Positions 50,825 to 60,562 of a stretch of DNA of 64,000 bases are shown here, in pieces. A program made the position numbers and the translations under genes. The stretch comes from Candidatus Spongiisociaceae bacterium (GTDB taxonomy: Bacteria; Actinomycetota; Acidimicrobiia; Spongiisociales; Spongiisociaceae): the NCBI GenBank assembly GCA_965262915.1, contig OZ253564.1, positions 4,576,001-4,640,000 of the forward strand. The letters run 5' to 3'. Under the pieces are notes generated by a model. That model saw nothing but the letters and a program-made list of their open reading frames with translations, made no database searches and was not told where the DNA came from. Positions within the stretch are counted from its first letter, which is position 1. Every line of letters begins with the position of its first letter.

Positions 50825-50858
50825 CCCCGACCCGACGCTCGACCGGCTCGGGTCGGGG
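50825..50858 (+). terminator. Hairpin after glnII
   Basis: CCCCGACCCGA...TCGGGTCGGGG followed by TTCT. Confidence 0.6.
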
Positions 50859-51076
50859 TTCTATCTCGACCTGTCAGGCATGATCGGCGCGGTTTGGAGT
50901 GGCAACGTGCCCACGACTTCCGCTCGGTTCACTGCATGATGTTGCACCGAAACGTCCCCGCCCGCACCAGGCGGCGAGGGTCCGGTAGACCTGGTAGGAA
51001 CCCGGTTCCTGCAACCGGGCACCCGGACCATCTCAACGGTCGGTCTGTGTGCCTGGCCTCGCCGATTTCAGCGAAT

Positions 51077-51724
51077 TCAGCGGCCGAATCCCTGGAGGAT
51101 GATGTCGTTGATCTGATCGACCTTCTCGTTGAAGCTCGCGGCAGAGGCACGGAATTCGACCAACGCCGCCCGGCGTAGTTCACCGGTGTCGGGCGCTCTG
51201 AGTCCGGCCAGCACGTCCTCGGCCGCCGCGGCGACCGCAATTGCCGACTCAAGAGCGATGTCATGCGCTTCGGCCAGCCCGGGGATGATGTCGGGAGGAC
51301 GATGGATCTCCACTCCCTGGCTGAAGATGAGGGCCCGCTCGGAAATCGCCACCAACGCGACCTCCGTGTCCGAATAGGTAACGCCCGTCTCCTCCCGGTT
51401 GTCCCACTCCTCGTTGGTGGCGTTCATATCCGCCGCCACCTCGGCGAGGATCTTCTTGTCCTCGGCCAGATTGGTCAGGTACACCTCGATCTCGGGCGGT
51501 AGCAGGGTCGTGGTGGTGGTCTCCACCACTTCCTCCTCGTTCTCCTCGTCACCGTCCGGGCCGGTCGTGGGGGTAGCGCTCTCAGCAGTGGTGGTAGCCG
51601 GCGCCGTCTCTTCCACTTCCGGCAGGTCGAGACGGTTGACCCAGACCCACGTGAACACCACCATTCCCAGAACGACCAAGGGCAGAACCCAGCGCCCTGG
51701 CTTCGGATCGGGGTTTCGCATCAT
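51077..51724 (-). CDS. Hypothetical membrane-anchored protein
   Basis: N-terminal TM helix, Thr-rich linker, acidic helical domain. Confidence 0.7.
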   Translation of the reverse strand: MMRNPDPKPGRWVLPLVVLGMVVFTWVWVNRLDLPEVEETAPATTTAESATPTTGPDGDEENEEEVVETTTTTLLPPEIEVYLTNLAEDKKILAEVAADMNATNEEWDNREETGVTYSDTEVALVAISERALIFSQGVEIHRPPDIIPGLAEAHDIALESAIAVAAAAEDVLAGLRAPDTGELRRAALVEFRASAASFNEKVDQINDIILQGFGR

Positions 51725-52016
51725 ACGAGGACAACGTTAGTAGGCCGAGACCAGATATCCCGCTCTTCATCGGCATTCGACCGTCAACCGCTGCCCGGAG
51801 GCCGAGTCGCCGTGTCCTGCTCGTCATCGATGGCCTTCGGTGCGTCCTGCCCGTTCAGCGTAGGGCCACCGCGACGAGCCTGCGAGGAAGGTCCCGGCCG
51901 GGACAATGCCTCACCGTCGTACCACGGACAGAACACTAGACGGACCGCCCACCGTGCGCTATGTTGTCGAACGGCGTGATGTCCGGAGGAGACGGTGGAC
52001 ATGAAAGGGTTCCGCC

Positions 52017-52814
52017 GTGCCTAACGTTCCCCCATCTACCGAAGACCAGATCGGCGAGCACATACCCTGGGAACATCTGACGATCCCTCCCCAGCCTGAT
52101 CGCAAGCTCCTGATGTACGGCTTGGCCGCCGGGCTGATCGTGGCCGTCCTAGGGGTCGTGATCGTCCGGCAACTCAACCGCCCTTCACCCGCGGAGTTGC
52201 AGCCGGTAATCCCCGTCACAGCCCCCCAGGAAGCCGCCCCGACGCAACCGACTACGGCGGGAGTGGAGGACATCGTCCGGCAGCCCGCCGTCACGTTGGC
52301 GCTTGCCGAACCCGAAGCACCGGCGGAACTGTCCGAGGCCGATCTCATGGCGGTCGACACCGGCGGGCTACACCGGGAGATCGCCGGGACAGCCGAGTGG
52401 CTGGTGCTCGAGTTCTTCACCCTCGATCCCTCCGACCCGTGGCGGGACCGGGTGGAGGCCGCCTCGGGCCTCCGGCTGCCGTCCTCCCTGATACCCGAGA
52501 CTGCGGACGGCTCGGCGGTGTCCTACGTCGAATGGACCCGTACCCGGTCGGTGGACCAGACCGGCGAGGACACCTACCGGGCATCGGTTCTGATCCGTCG
52601 CCTGGTGGCATCGGACGGCGTGACCTACCGGCGCCTGCCTACGGAGTGGGTGAACGTGGATCTTCGCGTGGAATCGGACGGGAACGTGAGGGCGGTATCG
52701 CTCCCGCAGATAACCACCCCGGCGCCTGGCAACCTGATCCCACTGCAGGAATCCGACCTGACCTGGGCGACGGACGCAGCCGGAATCAACTGGCCGGTTA
52801 CGACCGGCCGGTGA
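52017..52814 (+). CDS. Hypothetical bitopic protein, possibly TcpC/VirB8-like
   Basis: Single TM helix, linker, beta-rich domain ending V.LRV..DG.V.AVSLP. Confidence 0.55.
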   Translation: MPNVPPSTEDQIGEHIPWEHLTIPPQPDRKLLMYGLAAGLIVAVLGVVIVRQLNRPSPAELQPVIPVTAPQEAAPTQPTTAGVEDIVRQPAVTLALAEPEAPAELSEADLMAVDTGGLHREIAGTAEWLVLEFFTLDPSDPWRDRVEAASGLRLPSSLIPETADGSAVSYVEWTRTRSVDQTGEDTYRASVLIRRLVASDGVTYRRLPTEWVNVDLRVESDGNVRAVSLPQITTPAPGNLIPLQESDLTWATDAAGINWPVTTGR

Positions 52815-52835
52815 CCGCCGGTATCGATGCGGCTA

Positions 52836-53096
52836 TCACCTGCCGGGGTAGTGACGCTCGAGAATCGACCCGGCAGTCATCGTGATATCCGACCAGTCGG
52901 CGTCCGGCCGCTTGGAGATCGTCACGAAGTCGGCGGTCATGAACACGCTCACGATCCCCTCGATCCCGAGCAGTTCGCCTGCTACCGGATCGTCGGCCGC
53001 GTTGGCGGCCACGTAACTCCTCGGGCCGCCTAGAGCGACCCCGACGCTGAACTTGAGGGCATTGGGGTTGGGGGTTGACTGGTGCGTGATGGGCAT
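52836..53096 (-). CDS. NifU N-terminal (Nfu_N) domain protein
   Basis: TPNPNALKF...LL.IEG..SVF...DFVTISK...ADW. Confidence 0.9.
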   Translation of the reverse strand: MPITHQSTPNPNALKFSVGVALGGPRSYVAANAADDPVAGELLGIEGIVSVFMTADFVTISKRPDADWSDITMTAGSILERHYPGR

Positions 53097-53108
53097 GAGA
53101 CCTCCTAG

Positions 53109-53182
53109 TGGTCTCTCAAAATAACTTGGCGTGCTCTGTTTGCCATCGTCGTATACCACGCAGCCATTTCACAGACAGACCA
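53109..53182. mobile_element. MITE-like repeat, family A (short inverted copy)
   Basis: CTAG-TGGTCTCTCAAAAT...GTGCTCTGTTTGCC...ATTTCACAGACAGACCA-CGAG. Confidence 0.75.
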
Positions 53183-53243
53183 CGAGCGCGTATGGTAACC
53201 GCCTGCCTGATCGGCCCTGTGCTGCGAGTAGCATTCCGGGATC

Positions 53244-54668
53244 ATGGCAACAACACTTGAAGCGGAACTGCGCGAGCAACTCGGTGACGACAACGTATTG
53301 TCGCATCCGCTCGATCTTTACGTATTCGGAAAGGACGCGGGCCTGACACGCGGCGAGCCGAGCCTCGTTGCCTTCCCCCAGGAAACGAAGGATGTCGCCA
53401 CCATGGTGCGCCTCGCCGGCCGGTACGATCTGCCGGTGATCCCTCGCGGATCGGGAACCGGTCTGGCCGGAGGGGCGGTGGCGACCGGACCGGCGCTGCT
53501 GCTGGTAACCACCCGAATGAACCGGATCGGGGAAGTCAACGTCGAAAACCGTACCGCGTGGGTGCAGCCCGGGGTGATCAACCTCGACCTCAGCATTCAC
53601 ACTTCTCCCCTCGGGCTCTATTTCGCACCCGATCCCTCCTCGCAGTCGGCCTGCACCATCGGCGGCAACGTGGGCAACAACTCCGGCGGCCTGCACTGCT
53701 TGGCGGAGGGCACCACCGTGAACCACGTTCTCGCCTTGGAGGTGGTGACACCCGACGGCGACGTGATACTGCTGGGCGGCGAGGCGCCCGATCCGATAGG
53801 CCTCGACCTCCGGGGAGTGATGGTGGGCTCGGAAGGAACGCTGGGGATCGTGACCAACATCCTCGTCAAGCTCACCCCCAACCCTCCCGCCGTTCGCACC
53901 ATCCTCCTGGCCTTCGCAGATCTGGAACAGGGAGCCGCCACGGTCTCGGGGATAATCGCCAACGGTCTCATCCCCGGTGCGCTCGAGATGATGGACCAGC
54001 CGATGACCCAGGCCGTGGAGCGTTTCGCCCATGCAGGTTTTCCCACCGACGCGGGAGCGCTGCTGATCGCCGAGGTGTCCGGCCACCCCTCGGCGGTGGA
54101 CGCCGAAGCCGAACTCATATGCAGGATCGCGCAGAGCCAGGAAGCGACGTTGATCCATGTGGCGGCCGAGGAGTCGGAGCGCAATCGCATCTGGCTGGGC
54201 CGCAAATCGGCCTTCGGGGCCGTCGCCCAGATGACCCCCGACTACTACCTGCACGACACGGTGGTTCCGCGGACCCGATTGGTGGAGACCGTCCGGCAGT
54301 TGTACGTGATATCGGAGCGCCACGACATACCCATCCTGAACGTGTTCCACGCCGGTGACGGGAACCTCCACCCCCTCATGGCCTTCGACGCCGGGCTGCC
54401 GGGGGTCCTCGATCGGGTGCATGCGGCGGGCAGCGACCTGATCAAGGTGTGCGTGGGGGTAGGAGGATCGCTCTCCGGTGAGCACGGGATCGGCTTGGAG
54501 AAACGCGACTTCATGCCCCTGGTGTTCAACGATGCGGACCTCGACGCCCAGGCCCGGGTCAGGGATGCCTTCGACCCTGACGGACGTCTCAACCCGGGCA
54601 AGATCCTTCCCGAAGGTTCGCGCTGCTTCGACTTCGGTCGGCCGCCACCGGTGGGTGCGTGGGTGTGA
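53244..54668 (+). CDS. glcD: Glycolate oxidase FAD subunit
   Basis: PRGSGTGLAGG, APDPSS..CTIGGN, HAGDGNLHP, GEHGIG. Confidence 0.9.
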   Translation: MATTLEAELREQLGDDNVLSHPLDLYVFGKDAGLTRGEPSLVAFPQETKDVATMVRLAGRYDLPVIPRGSGTGLAGGAVATGPALLLVTTRMNRIGEVNVENRTAWVQPGVINLDLSIHTSPLGLYFAPDPSSQSACTIGGNVGNNSGGLHCLAEGTTVNHVLALEVVTPDGDVILLGGEAPDPIGLDLRGVMVGSEGTLGIVTNILVKLTPNPPAVRTILLAFADLEQGAATVSGIIANGLIPGALEMMDQPMTQAVERFAHAGFPTDAGALLIAEVSGHPSAVDAEAELICRIAQSQEATLIHVAAEESERNRIWLGRKSAFGAVAQMTPDYYLHDTVVPRTRLVETVRQLYVISERHDIPILNVFHAGDGNLHPLMAFDAGLPGVLDRVHAAGSDLIKVCVGVGGSLSGEHGIGLEKRDFMPLVFNDADLDAQARVRDAFDPDGRLNPGKILPEGSRCFDFGRPPPVGAWV

Positions 54669-55750
54669 GCGGAACCGCGGTACCACCGGAAACCCTCCCC
54701 GCGGTTCCGACGGTAGCGCCGGACTCGATCGGGGAGGCAGCAACCCTCCTGGCGGACCTGCCGGCCGGCGGAACCCGGGTCCGTATCCGGGGAGGAGGTA
54801 CCCGCCTCGGGCTCGGCTACCCGTTCGAGCCCGACCTGATCCTCTCGACGGCCCACCTCGACCGGATCGTGGCCTGGGAGCCCGATGACCTGACCGTGGT
54901 GGTGGAAGCCGGCGTTACGGTCGAGGAGTTGGAGGAGACCCTGGCCGCAAAGGGCCAGACCGCCCTGCTGCACGAGCGCCCGGGCAAGGGAACGGTGGGT
55001 GGTGCCCTCGCCACGGCGACCTCGGGATGGCGCCGTTACCGGTTCGGTCCCTTGCGCGATCGGGTACTCGAGGCCACCCTGGTGTCGAGCGACGGGCGGG
55101 TGGTCACGGCGGGCGGGCGTCTCGTCAAGAACGTCACCGGTTACGACATCCCCCGCCTGGCAACCGGATCTCTCGGCGCGCTGGGACTCATCGCACGGGT
55201 CTGCCTCAAGCTGTGGCCCCATCCGGCGGCCTCGGCGACGGTGGTGGTGGACTCGGCCGAAGAGGCCATCGTCCGCGCCTACCGGCCGCTGGCGGTGCTG
55301 GAGACCCCCGAGCGAACCGCCGTGTACCTGGGAGGCACGCCCGAAGAGATCGAAGGGCAGGCCGCGTCGCTGGGGGGAACACCCATCGACGGGCTCGACT
55401 GGCCCGACCCACCCAACGGACAGGTCCGCTTCTCGGTGAGGGTACCGCCCTCGTTTCTCCGGTCCATCGTCCGGCACCTCGACCGGGGATGGCAGTACGT
55501 GGCCCAGTTCGGGGTGGGGGAGGTCACGGTCGGAGCGGAACGGGCGGGTACCGACGTACTCGAGGACCTCAGGGCCGAGGCGGAATCGGCCGGCGGCGCC
55601 CTGGTCGTCCTCGACGCCCCGGACGACCTGCGGCGGGACTTCGATCCGTGGGGTACGCCACCGGACTCCGTACCGATCCAGAGGCGGCTGGTCGCTCTGT
55701 TCGATCCGGGCCGCGTGATCAATCCCGGCATACTCCCCGGAGGAATCTGA
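54665..55750 (+). CDS. glcE: Glycolate oxidase FAD-binding subunit
   Basis: P.DLTVVVEAG, GG.LVKNVTGYD, GSLG.LG, FDP..NPG. Confidence 0.88.
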   Translation: MSGTAVPPETLPAVPTVAPDSIGEAATLLADLPAGGTRVRIRGGGTRLGLGYPFEPDLILSTAHLDRIVAWEPDDLTVVVEAGVTVEELEETLAAKGQTALLHERPGKGTVGGALATATSGWRRYRFGPLRDRVLEATLVSSDGRVVTAGGRLVKNVTGYDIPRLATGSLGALGLIARVCLKLWPHPAASATVVVDSAEEAIVRAYRPLAVLETPERTAVYLGGTPEEIEGQAASLGGTPIDGLDWPDPPNGQVRFSVRVPPSFLRSIVRHLDRGWQYVAQFGVGEVTVGAERAGTDVLEDLRAEAESAGGALVVLDAPDDLRRDFDPWGTPPDSVPIQRRLVALFDPGRVINPGILPGGI

Positions 55751-56998
55751 GTGGGCTGGGTAACGGAACACGCCCCCCATCCCGACGATCTCGCATCATG
55801 CGTGCAGTGCGGCCTGTGCCTGCCCAGCTGCCCCACCTTCCGCCTCACCGGCCTGGAGACCGCCTCCCCGCGGGGCCGGCTCACGGCCATGTCGGCGGTG
55901 GCGGCCGGCCGGCCCGTCGACCGTCGCTTCGCCGAGATCATGGGCGCCTGCCTGCAGTGCCGGGCCTGCGAGGTGGTATGCCCCGCTTTCGTTCCCTTCG
56001 GCAAGGCCATGGAGGGGGCGAGAGCCGAGGTAGCGGCGCAGCTACCCGGCTCGGGACGCCGCCTGAGGCGGCTGGTGACCGCCCGCCTGCTGAGGAACCG
56101 ACCGGCGCTCCGCCTGGCAACGAGCCTCGTGACCCTGGCCCAGATCCTCCGGATGAAGAACCTGGTGCCCCGGCAGATGCGGGGGGCCCTCACCGGACTC
56201 CGGCCTCTCTCCGGCCGGCCCCGCTCGGTGGTCGGTACGACCTGGCCGGCCGTCGGGGAGGCACGGGGCGTAGCCGCTCTGGTGGCCGGGTGCGTGATGG
56301 ACCAATGGTTCGGTGACGTGCACGCGGCAACCATCCACCTGCTCACCAGGTCAGGCTACGACGTGGTGGTTCCGCCGGCCCAGACCTGCTGCGGCGCGCT
56401 GGCCGCCCACGACGGCTGGGCGGACGACGCGCGGGACATGGCGGCAGTCAACGTGGCCGCACTGGACGGCGCCGACCTGGTCGTGGTGAATGCGGCGGGT
56501 TGCAGCGCCCATATGAAGGAGTACGGCCACTGGGCCGAGGACGGCGCCGGGCTGGCCGCCAAGGTGGTGGACATGACCGAGGTGCTGGCCGGCGCCATCG
56601 CCGACGGGCGCCTTCCCCGAATGGCGAGAGGTGGGCAGGCCGTAGCCGTGCAGGATCCGTGCCATCTCCGCCACGTCCAGCGGATAACCGACCAGCCGCG
56701 AGAGATCCTGGCGGCCGCCGGCCTCCGTACCGTCGAGATCGATCCGGCGGGCCAGTGCTGCGGGGCGGCCGGTATATACAGCCTCCTGGAGCCGGACCTG
56801 TCCGCACAGCTCGGGGAAGCCAAGGCGGAGCAGATCCGCGCCACGGGTTCGACGACGGTGTCCACCGCCAATCCCGGATGCGAGATCCAGCTACGCACCC
56901 ACCTGGCCAATCTGGGGGTCGTGGCACGGGTCGCCCACCCCGTGGAGCTCTACTGGGAAGCGCTCCGGAGCGCCGCCAGAGAACCCGCCGGGAGATGA
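55751..56998 (+). CDS. glcF: Glycolate oxidase Fe-S subunit
   Basis: CVQCGLCLPSCPT, SPRGR, CCGA, QDPCHL.H, ANPGC. Confidence 0.9.
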   Translation: MGWVTEHAPHPDDLASCVQCGLCLPSCPTFRLTGLETASPRGRLTAMSAVAAGRPVDRRFAEIMGACLQCRACEVVCPAFVPFGKAMEGARAEVAAQLPGSGRRLRRLVTARLLRNRPALRLATSLVTLAQILRMKNLVPRQMRGALTGLRPLSGRPRSVVGTTWPAVGEARGVAALVAGCVMDQWFGDVHAATIHLLTRSGYDVVVPPAQTCCGALAAHDGWADDARDMAAVNVAALDGADLVVVNAAGCSAHMKEYGHWAEDGAGLAAKVVDMTEVLAGAIADGRLPRMARGGQAVAVQDPCHLRHVQRITDQPREILAAAGLRTVEIDPAGQCCGAAGIYSLLEPDLSAQLGEAKAEQIRATGSTTVSTANPGCEIQLRTHLANLGVVARVAHPVELYWEALRSAAREPAGR

Positions 56999-57044
56999 AG
57001 GTCGACGGATCGTCCTCCACGACCATCACATTCGGGCAGGCGCC

Positions 57045-57707
57045 GTGACCGCATACCGACCGCCGGACCGGGAGCGTTGGCGACCGGAGTTGTTGCTCCC
57101 CGCCGTGCTGCGACCCGGAACCGAGCCGTGGCGCTGGGTAGCCATCTGCGTGAGGTCGGTTCGGGTGGTGGTGGGAGTCGGCCTGGCCGTGATCGGGACT
57201 GGACTGGTCGGCATGGGAATCGCCCTCTGCCTCCACGGGCTCGGCATTCTCCGGCTCGGCATCTCCCAACCGGATGTCGAAGCCCTCGCCGTGGGACTGG
57301 CCGTGGCGATGATCGGTGGAGCGATCCTGGGTCTGGCAGTCGAGGGCGGCCTTCGCTCTCCGAGCGTGTGCCCGGATGCAGCCCCCTGGGAGATCATGGT
57401 CACCTGGGTCCCCGCCCTCCTGATCGCCCTGTGGGTGGTCGAGAGGCTCGAAGGTCTGGCAACCCGTCTCCTGCCCCGCTTCTCGGACCTCTTCGATCTG
57501 GTACCCCTCTACGTGGACCAGGTGGGCAACCGGGGCTTGCTCGCCGGGCTGGCCGGCCTACCGCTGGTCTGGGTAGCTCTCCAGTTCGGAGCGCCCCGCT
57601 ACCGCTTCGTCGGCGAGAACTCCCCCGCGCTGCTCTACGCTGCCTGGATGGCCCTCGTGATCGTGGCCTACCGAAGCTCCGGAACGGGTATAGCCCTGCT
57701 CCTTTGA
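57045..57707 (+). CDS. Hypothetical integral membrane protein
   Basis: About 5 hydrophobic segments; start codon uncertain. Confidence 0.6.
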   Translation: MTAYRPPDRERWRPELLLPAVLRPGTEPWRWVAICVRSVRVVVGVGLAVIGTGLVGMGIALCLHGLGILRLGISQPDVEALAVGLAVAMIGGAILGLAVEGGLRSPSVCPDAAPWEIMVTWVPALLIALWVVERLEGLATRLLPRFSDLFDLVPLYVDQVGNRGLLAGLAGLPLVWVALQFGAPRYRFVGENSPALLYAAWMALVIVAYRSSGTGIALLL

Positions 57708-57820
57708 GATCGGATCTACCGATTCCAGGATCGAGACCGGTCAGTTCGAAGGGCGGCGCCGGGGACCGGCAACCAAGGTATCCCGATCATCAGGAGCATC
57801 ATCCGGTGTGATAGCATCAG

Positions 57821-58261
57821 ATGGTGCGACGCGTAACGGTCACCATTCCCGACGATCTCGAGGGTGATCTCGAACGGTTCCTCCAAGCCCAGGCTCTTCG
57901 CCCGTCGGTTGCGGCGCTCCTGCGAGCGGCACTCCGGCAGTACATCTCCGGAGCGAATACAAGTCCAAACCCACCCATCCTGCCGCGGATACTCGCGAAT
58001 CGGGAGAAGATCAGGGAGTTGGCGACAAACCGTCGCGTCGAGCGAATCCGGGTTTTCGGATCGGTAGCGCGAGGGGAGGACACCAACGACAGCGACATCG
58101 ACTTCCTGGTTTCGCCCAAGACCGACTGTGGCTTGTTCAACCTCGGGGGTCTCCAAGTTGAACTTGAAGAACTCCTGGGTGTCGATGTCGACGTAGTGTC
58201 CGATCGCTCCGTGCCCTCCGAAGTCCGTGACGAACTGGAGGCGGAGGCAATTCCACTGTGA
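57821..58261 (+). CDS. MntA-like minimal nucleotidyltransferase antitoxin with N-terminal RHH
   Basis: RRVTVTIPDDL (RHH); FGSVARGE...SDIDFLV; LEELLG..VDVV. Confidence 0.88.
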   Translation: MVRRVTVTIPDDLEGDLERFLQAQALRPSVAALLRAALRQYISGANTSPNPPILPRILANREKIRELATNRRVERIRVFGSVARGEDTNDSDIDFLVSPKTDCGLFNLGGLQVELEELLGVDVDVVSDRSVPSEVRDELEAEAIPL

Positions 58262-58611
58262 CCCGCTCTGACCGTCACCGCCTCTGCGATATGGCGGCTC
58301 ATATTCGAGATATCCACTCGCACACAGCCAACGGCTGGGACTCGTTCAGAACTGACCGCGCCGCTCAGCAGGCCGTGATGCATTGCTTGGTCGTGATCGG
58401 CGAGTGTGCTTCGCAAATGACACCAGGGGCTGCCGCGCACATCTCATCCCTCACTGTCACCGAGGCAAAAGGGTTACGAAACATCATCGTGCACGAGTAT
58501 TGGAGGATCGACTCAGGTGATGTGTGGACAACTGTAACCCGCGATCTTCCGCGTTTAGCCGATGATATCCGACGCGTTCTGGACGGTATGGACCGCTCGC
58601 TCGACCTCTGA
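58258..58611 (+). CDS. HepT/DUF86 HEPN RNase toxin
   Basis: IGE; RNIIVHEY (RX4HXY); overlaps the MNT stop. Confidence 0.9.
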   Translation: MTRSDRHRLCDMAAHIRDIHSHTANGWDSFRTDRAAQQAVMHCLVVIGECASQMTPGAAAHISSLTVTEAKGLRNIIVHEYWRIDSGDVWTTVTRDLPRLADDIRRVLDGMDRSLDL

Positions 58612-58664
58612 AGCTGACCCACGATGTGTTCCGTGGGCGAGGAGAAGCAGTTCCGGTAAACCCG

Positions 58665-60428
58665 CTACATACGGTCCGGAACTCCGATGCCTAACAGGTC
58701 CAAGAGCAGTTCAAGGGTGCGCCGCGTGGTACGAACCAGCCTCAACCATGAGGCCCTCCTGCCGGAATCGGGCTCGGTCAGGATATGGCATGTCTCGTAG
58801 AACCGGCTGAAATCGGAAGCCACCTCGTAGGCGTACTCCGCCAGGTGGTTGGGAGCGCGCAACTCGGCGGCCCGTCCGATGACTTCCGGTAGTTGCAGCA
58901 TCCGCAACATCAGGCGGCGTTCCACCTCGACACGTGGGGGTAAGGCGGGGCCGGGAGCGAACCCTCGGTCCGCCGCCTTGTCCAGGATCGAGCCCATGCG
59001 TACCGCGGCCATCTGCAGATAGGGACCGGTCTTACCCTCCAGGGAGGTGAACCGGCGGAGGTCGAACATGTAGTTGGACGTGCGGTTGTTGATCAGGTCA
59101 CCGAACTTGAGGGCTGAGATCCCCACCTGGCGGGCGATGGTCGACTTCTCGAACTCTGTATAGCCGGCTGCCAGGTCGGACTCCTCCAGCCGGGTGGCGG
59201 CCGCCTCGGTGACCATCCCGATCAGGTCCTGCAGCCTCAATACCCCTCCGGCGCGGGTCTTGAAGGGCGTCCCGTCGCGTGCGTTCATGGTCCCGAAGCG
59301 GATGTGCTCCATGACCGCTTCCCCGGCGGCCCCGGTCCGGCGGGCGGCCCGGAAAACCTGCTCGAAGTGGTAGGCCTGGCGAGCATCCACCACGTAGAGG
59401 ATGAGGTCGGCGTCCAACTCGGCGACCCGCATCCCGATGGTGGCCAGGTCCGTGGTCCCGTAGAGGAATGCGCCATGGGAGGTCTCGAGAATCAGGGGGC
59501 TGATCTCGGTCCTGTCACCCGGTTCGGCGACCTCGACCACCATCGCCCCCTCCGAGCGCACCGCCACTCCCCGATCCAGGGCATCGTCGACCATCGGCCG
59601 CAGCAGATGGCGGACCGTGCTCTCCCCGTACCAGAGATCGAACTCCACCCCCAGCTCGGCGAAGTCCCGCTCCTGGGACTCCCGTGACACACGGACGAAG
59701 TGCTCCCACAGTGCCTCGTATCCCGTCCGGCCCGACTGGAGGTCCCGCGTAGCCCGACGCGCCTCGCGGGCCACCTCCTCGTCTCTTCCGACCCGGGCCG
59801 CGATGGATGGATACCATTCCTGGAGGTCGGCCAGGGTGATCGGCGGTGTCTCCGAATATGGGCCTTCCATGCCCTCGTCGAAATGAGGAAGGCCCGCAAG
59901 ATGCTCCCGGGCTGCCACGATGAGCATCCCCATCTGCAGCCCCCAGTCCCCGAAGTGCGCATCCCCCAGCACCCGGTGCCCGGCGAAGCGGAACAGCCGC
60001 TTGAGGCTGTCCCCGATGATGGTTGCCCGCAGGTGCCCCACATGCATGGCCTTGGCAACATTGGGACCGGCATAGTCAACGATCACGTCGAGTGGCTCGG
60101 AGGCCATCTGGACCCCCAGTCTCGAGTCATCAGCCATCTCGGAGACGTACCGAGCAATCGCCTCGTCAGTAACCGTGAGGTTGATGAATCCGGGCCCGGC
60201 CAGCGAACTCTCGCCCAACCGGGAATCCCTAGCGACCTCCTTGACCACCGAAGCCGCGATCTCCCGCGGGCTACGGCGGGCCTGGCGGGCAGCCGCCAAC
60301 GCCCCGTTGCACTGGAACTGGCCCAGATCGGGACGGTTGGACACAACCACCGCTCCGTACGCGGGGTCGAGGCCGATGGATTCGAAGCCGCGCCCGACGA
60401 GGCAACTCAGGTCTGAGAGAACGCCCAT
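58665..60428 (-). CDS. argS: Arginine--tRNA ligase
   Basis: PNVAKAMHVGHLR, GDWGLQ.G, FKTR.G, DALR anticodon domain. Confidence 0.96.
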   Translation of the reverse strand: MGVLSDLSCLVGRGFESIGLDPAYGAVVVSNRPDLGQFQCNGALAAARQARRSPREIAASVVKEVARDSRLGESSLAGPGFINLTVTDEAIARYVSEMADDSRLGVQMASEPLDVIVDYAGPNVAKAMHVGHLRATIIGDSLKRLFRFAGHRVLGDAHFGDWGLQMGMLIVAAREHLAGLPHFDEGMEGPYSETPPITLADLQEWYPSIAARVGRDEEVAREARRATRDLQSGRTGYEALWEHFVRVSRESQERDFAELGVEFDLWYGESTVRHLLRPMVDDALDRGVAVRSEGAMVVEVAEPGDRTEISPLILETSHGAFLYGTTDLATIGMRVAELDADLILYVVDARQAYHFEQVFRAARRTGAAGEAVMEHIRFGTMNARDGTPFKTRAGGVLRLQDLIGMVTEAAATRLEESDLAAGYTEFEKSTIARQVGISALKFGDLINNRTSNYMFDLRRFTSLEGKTGPYLQMAAVRMGSILDKAADRGFAPGPALPPRVEVERRLMLRMLQLPEVIGRAAELRAPNHLAEYAYEVASDFSRFYETCHILTEPDSGRRASWLRLVRTTRRTLELLLDLLGIGVPDRM

Positions 60429-60443
60429 GTGAGTTGGAGAGGA

Positions 60444-60471
60444 TAGTGGCCAGTGGCCGGTGGCCAGTGGG
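60444..60471. repeat. Heptamer array (YRGTGGY x4)
   Basis: TAGTGGC CAGTGGC CGGTGGC CAGTGGG. Confidence 0.75.
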
Positions 60472-60562
60472 GTGACCGTGTAGCGTCGCATGTGCCTCAA
60501 GCCCCTTGCCGCTGCAGGTGGCCGGGGAGCATTAGGCTTCTGCCAATCCCACCCAAAGCGCA

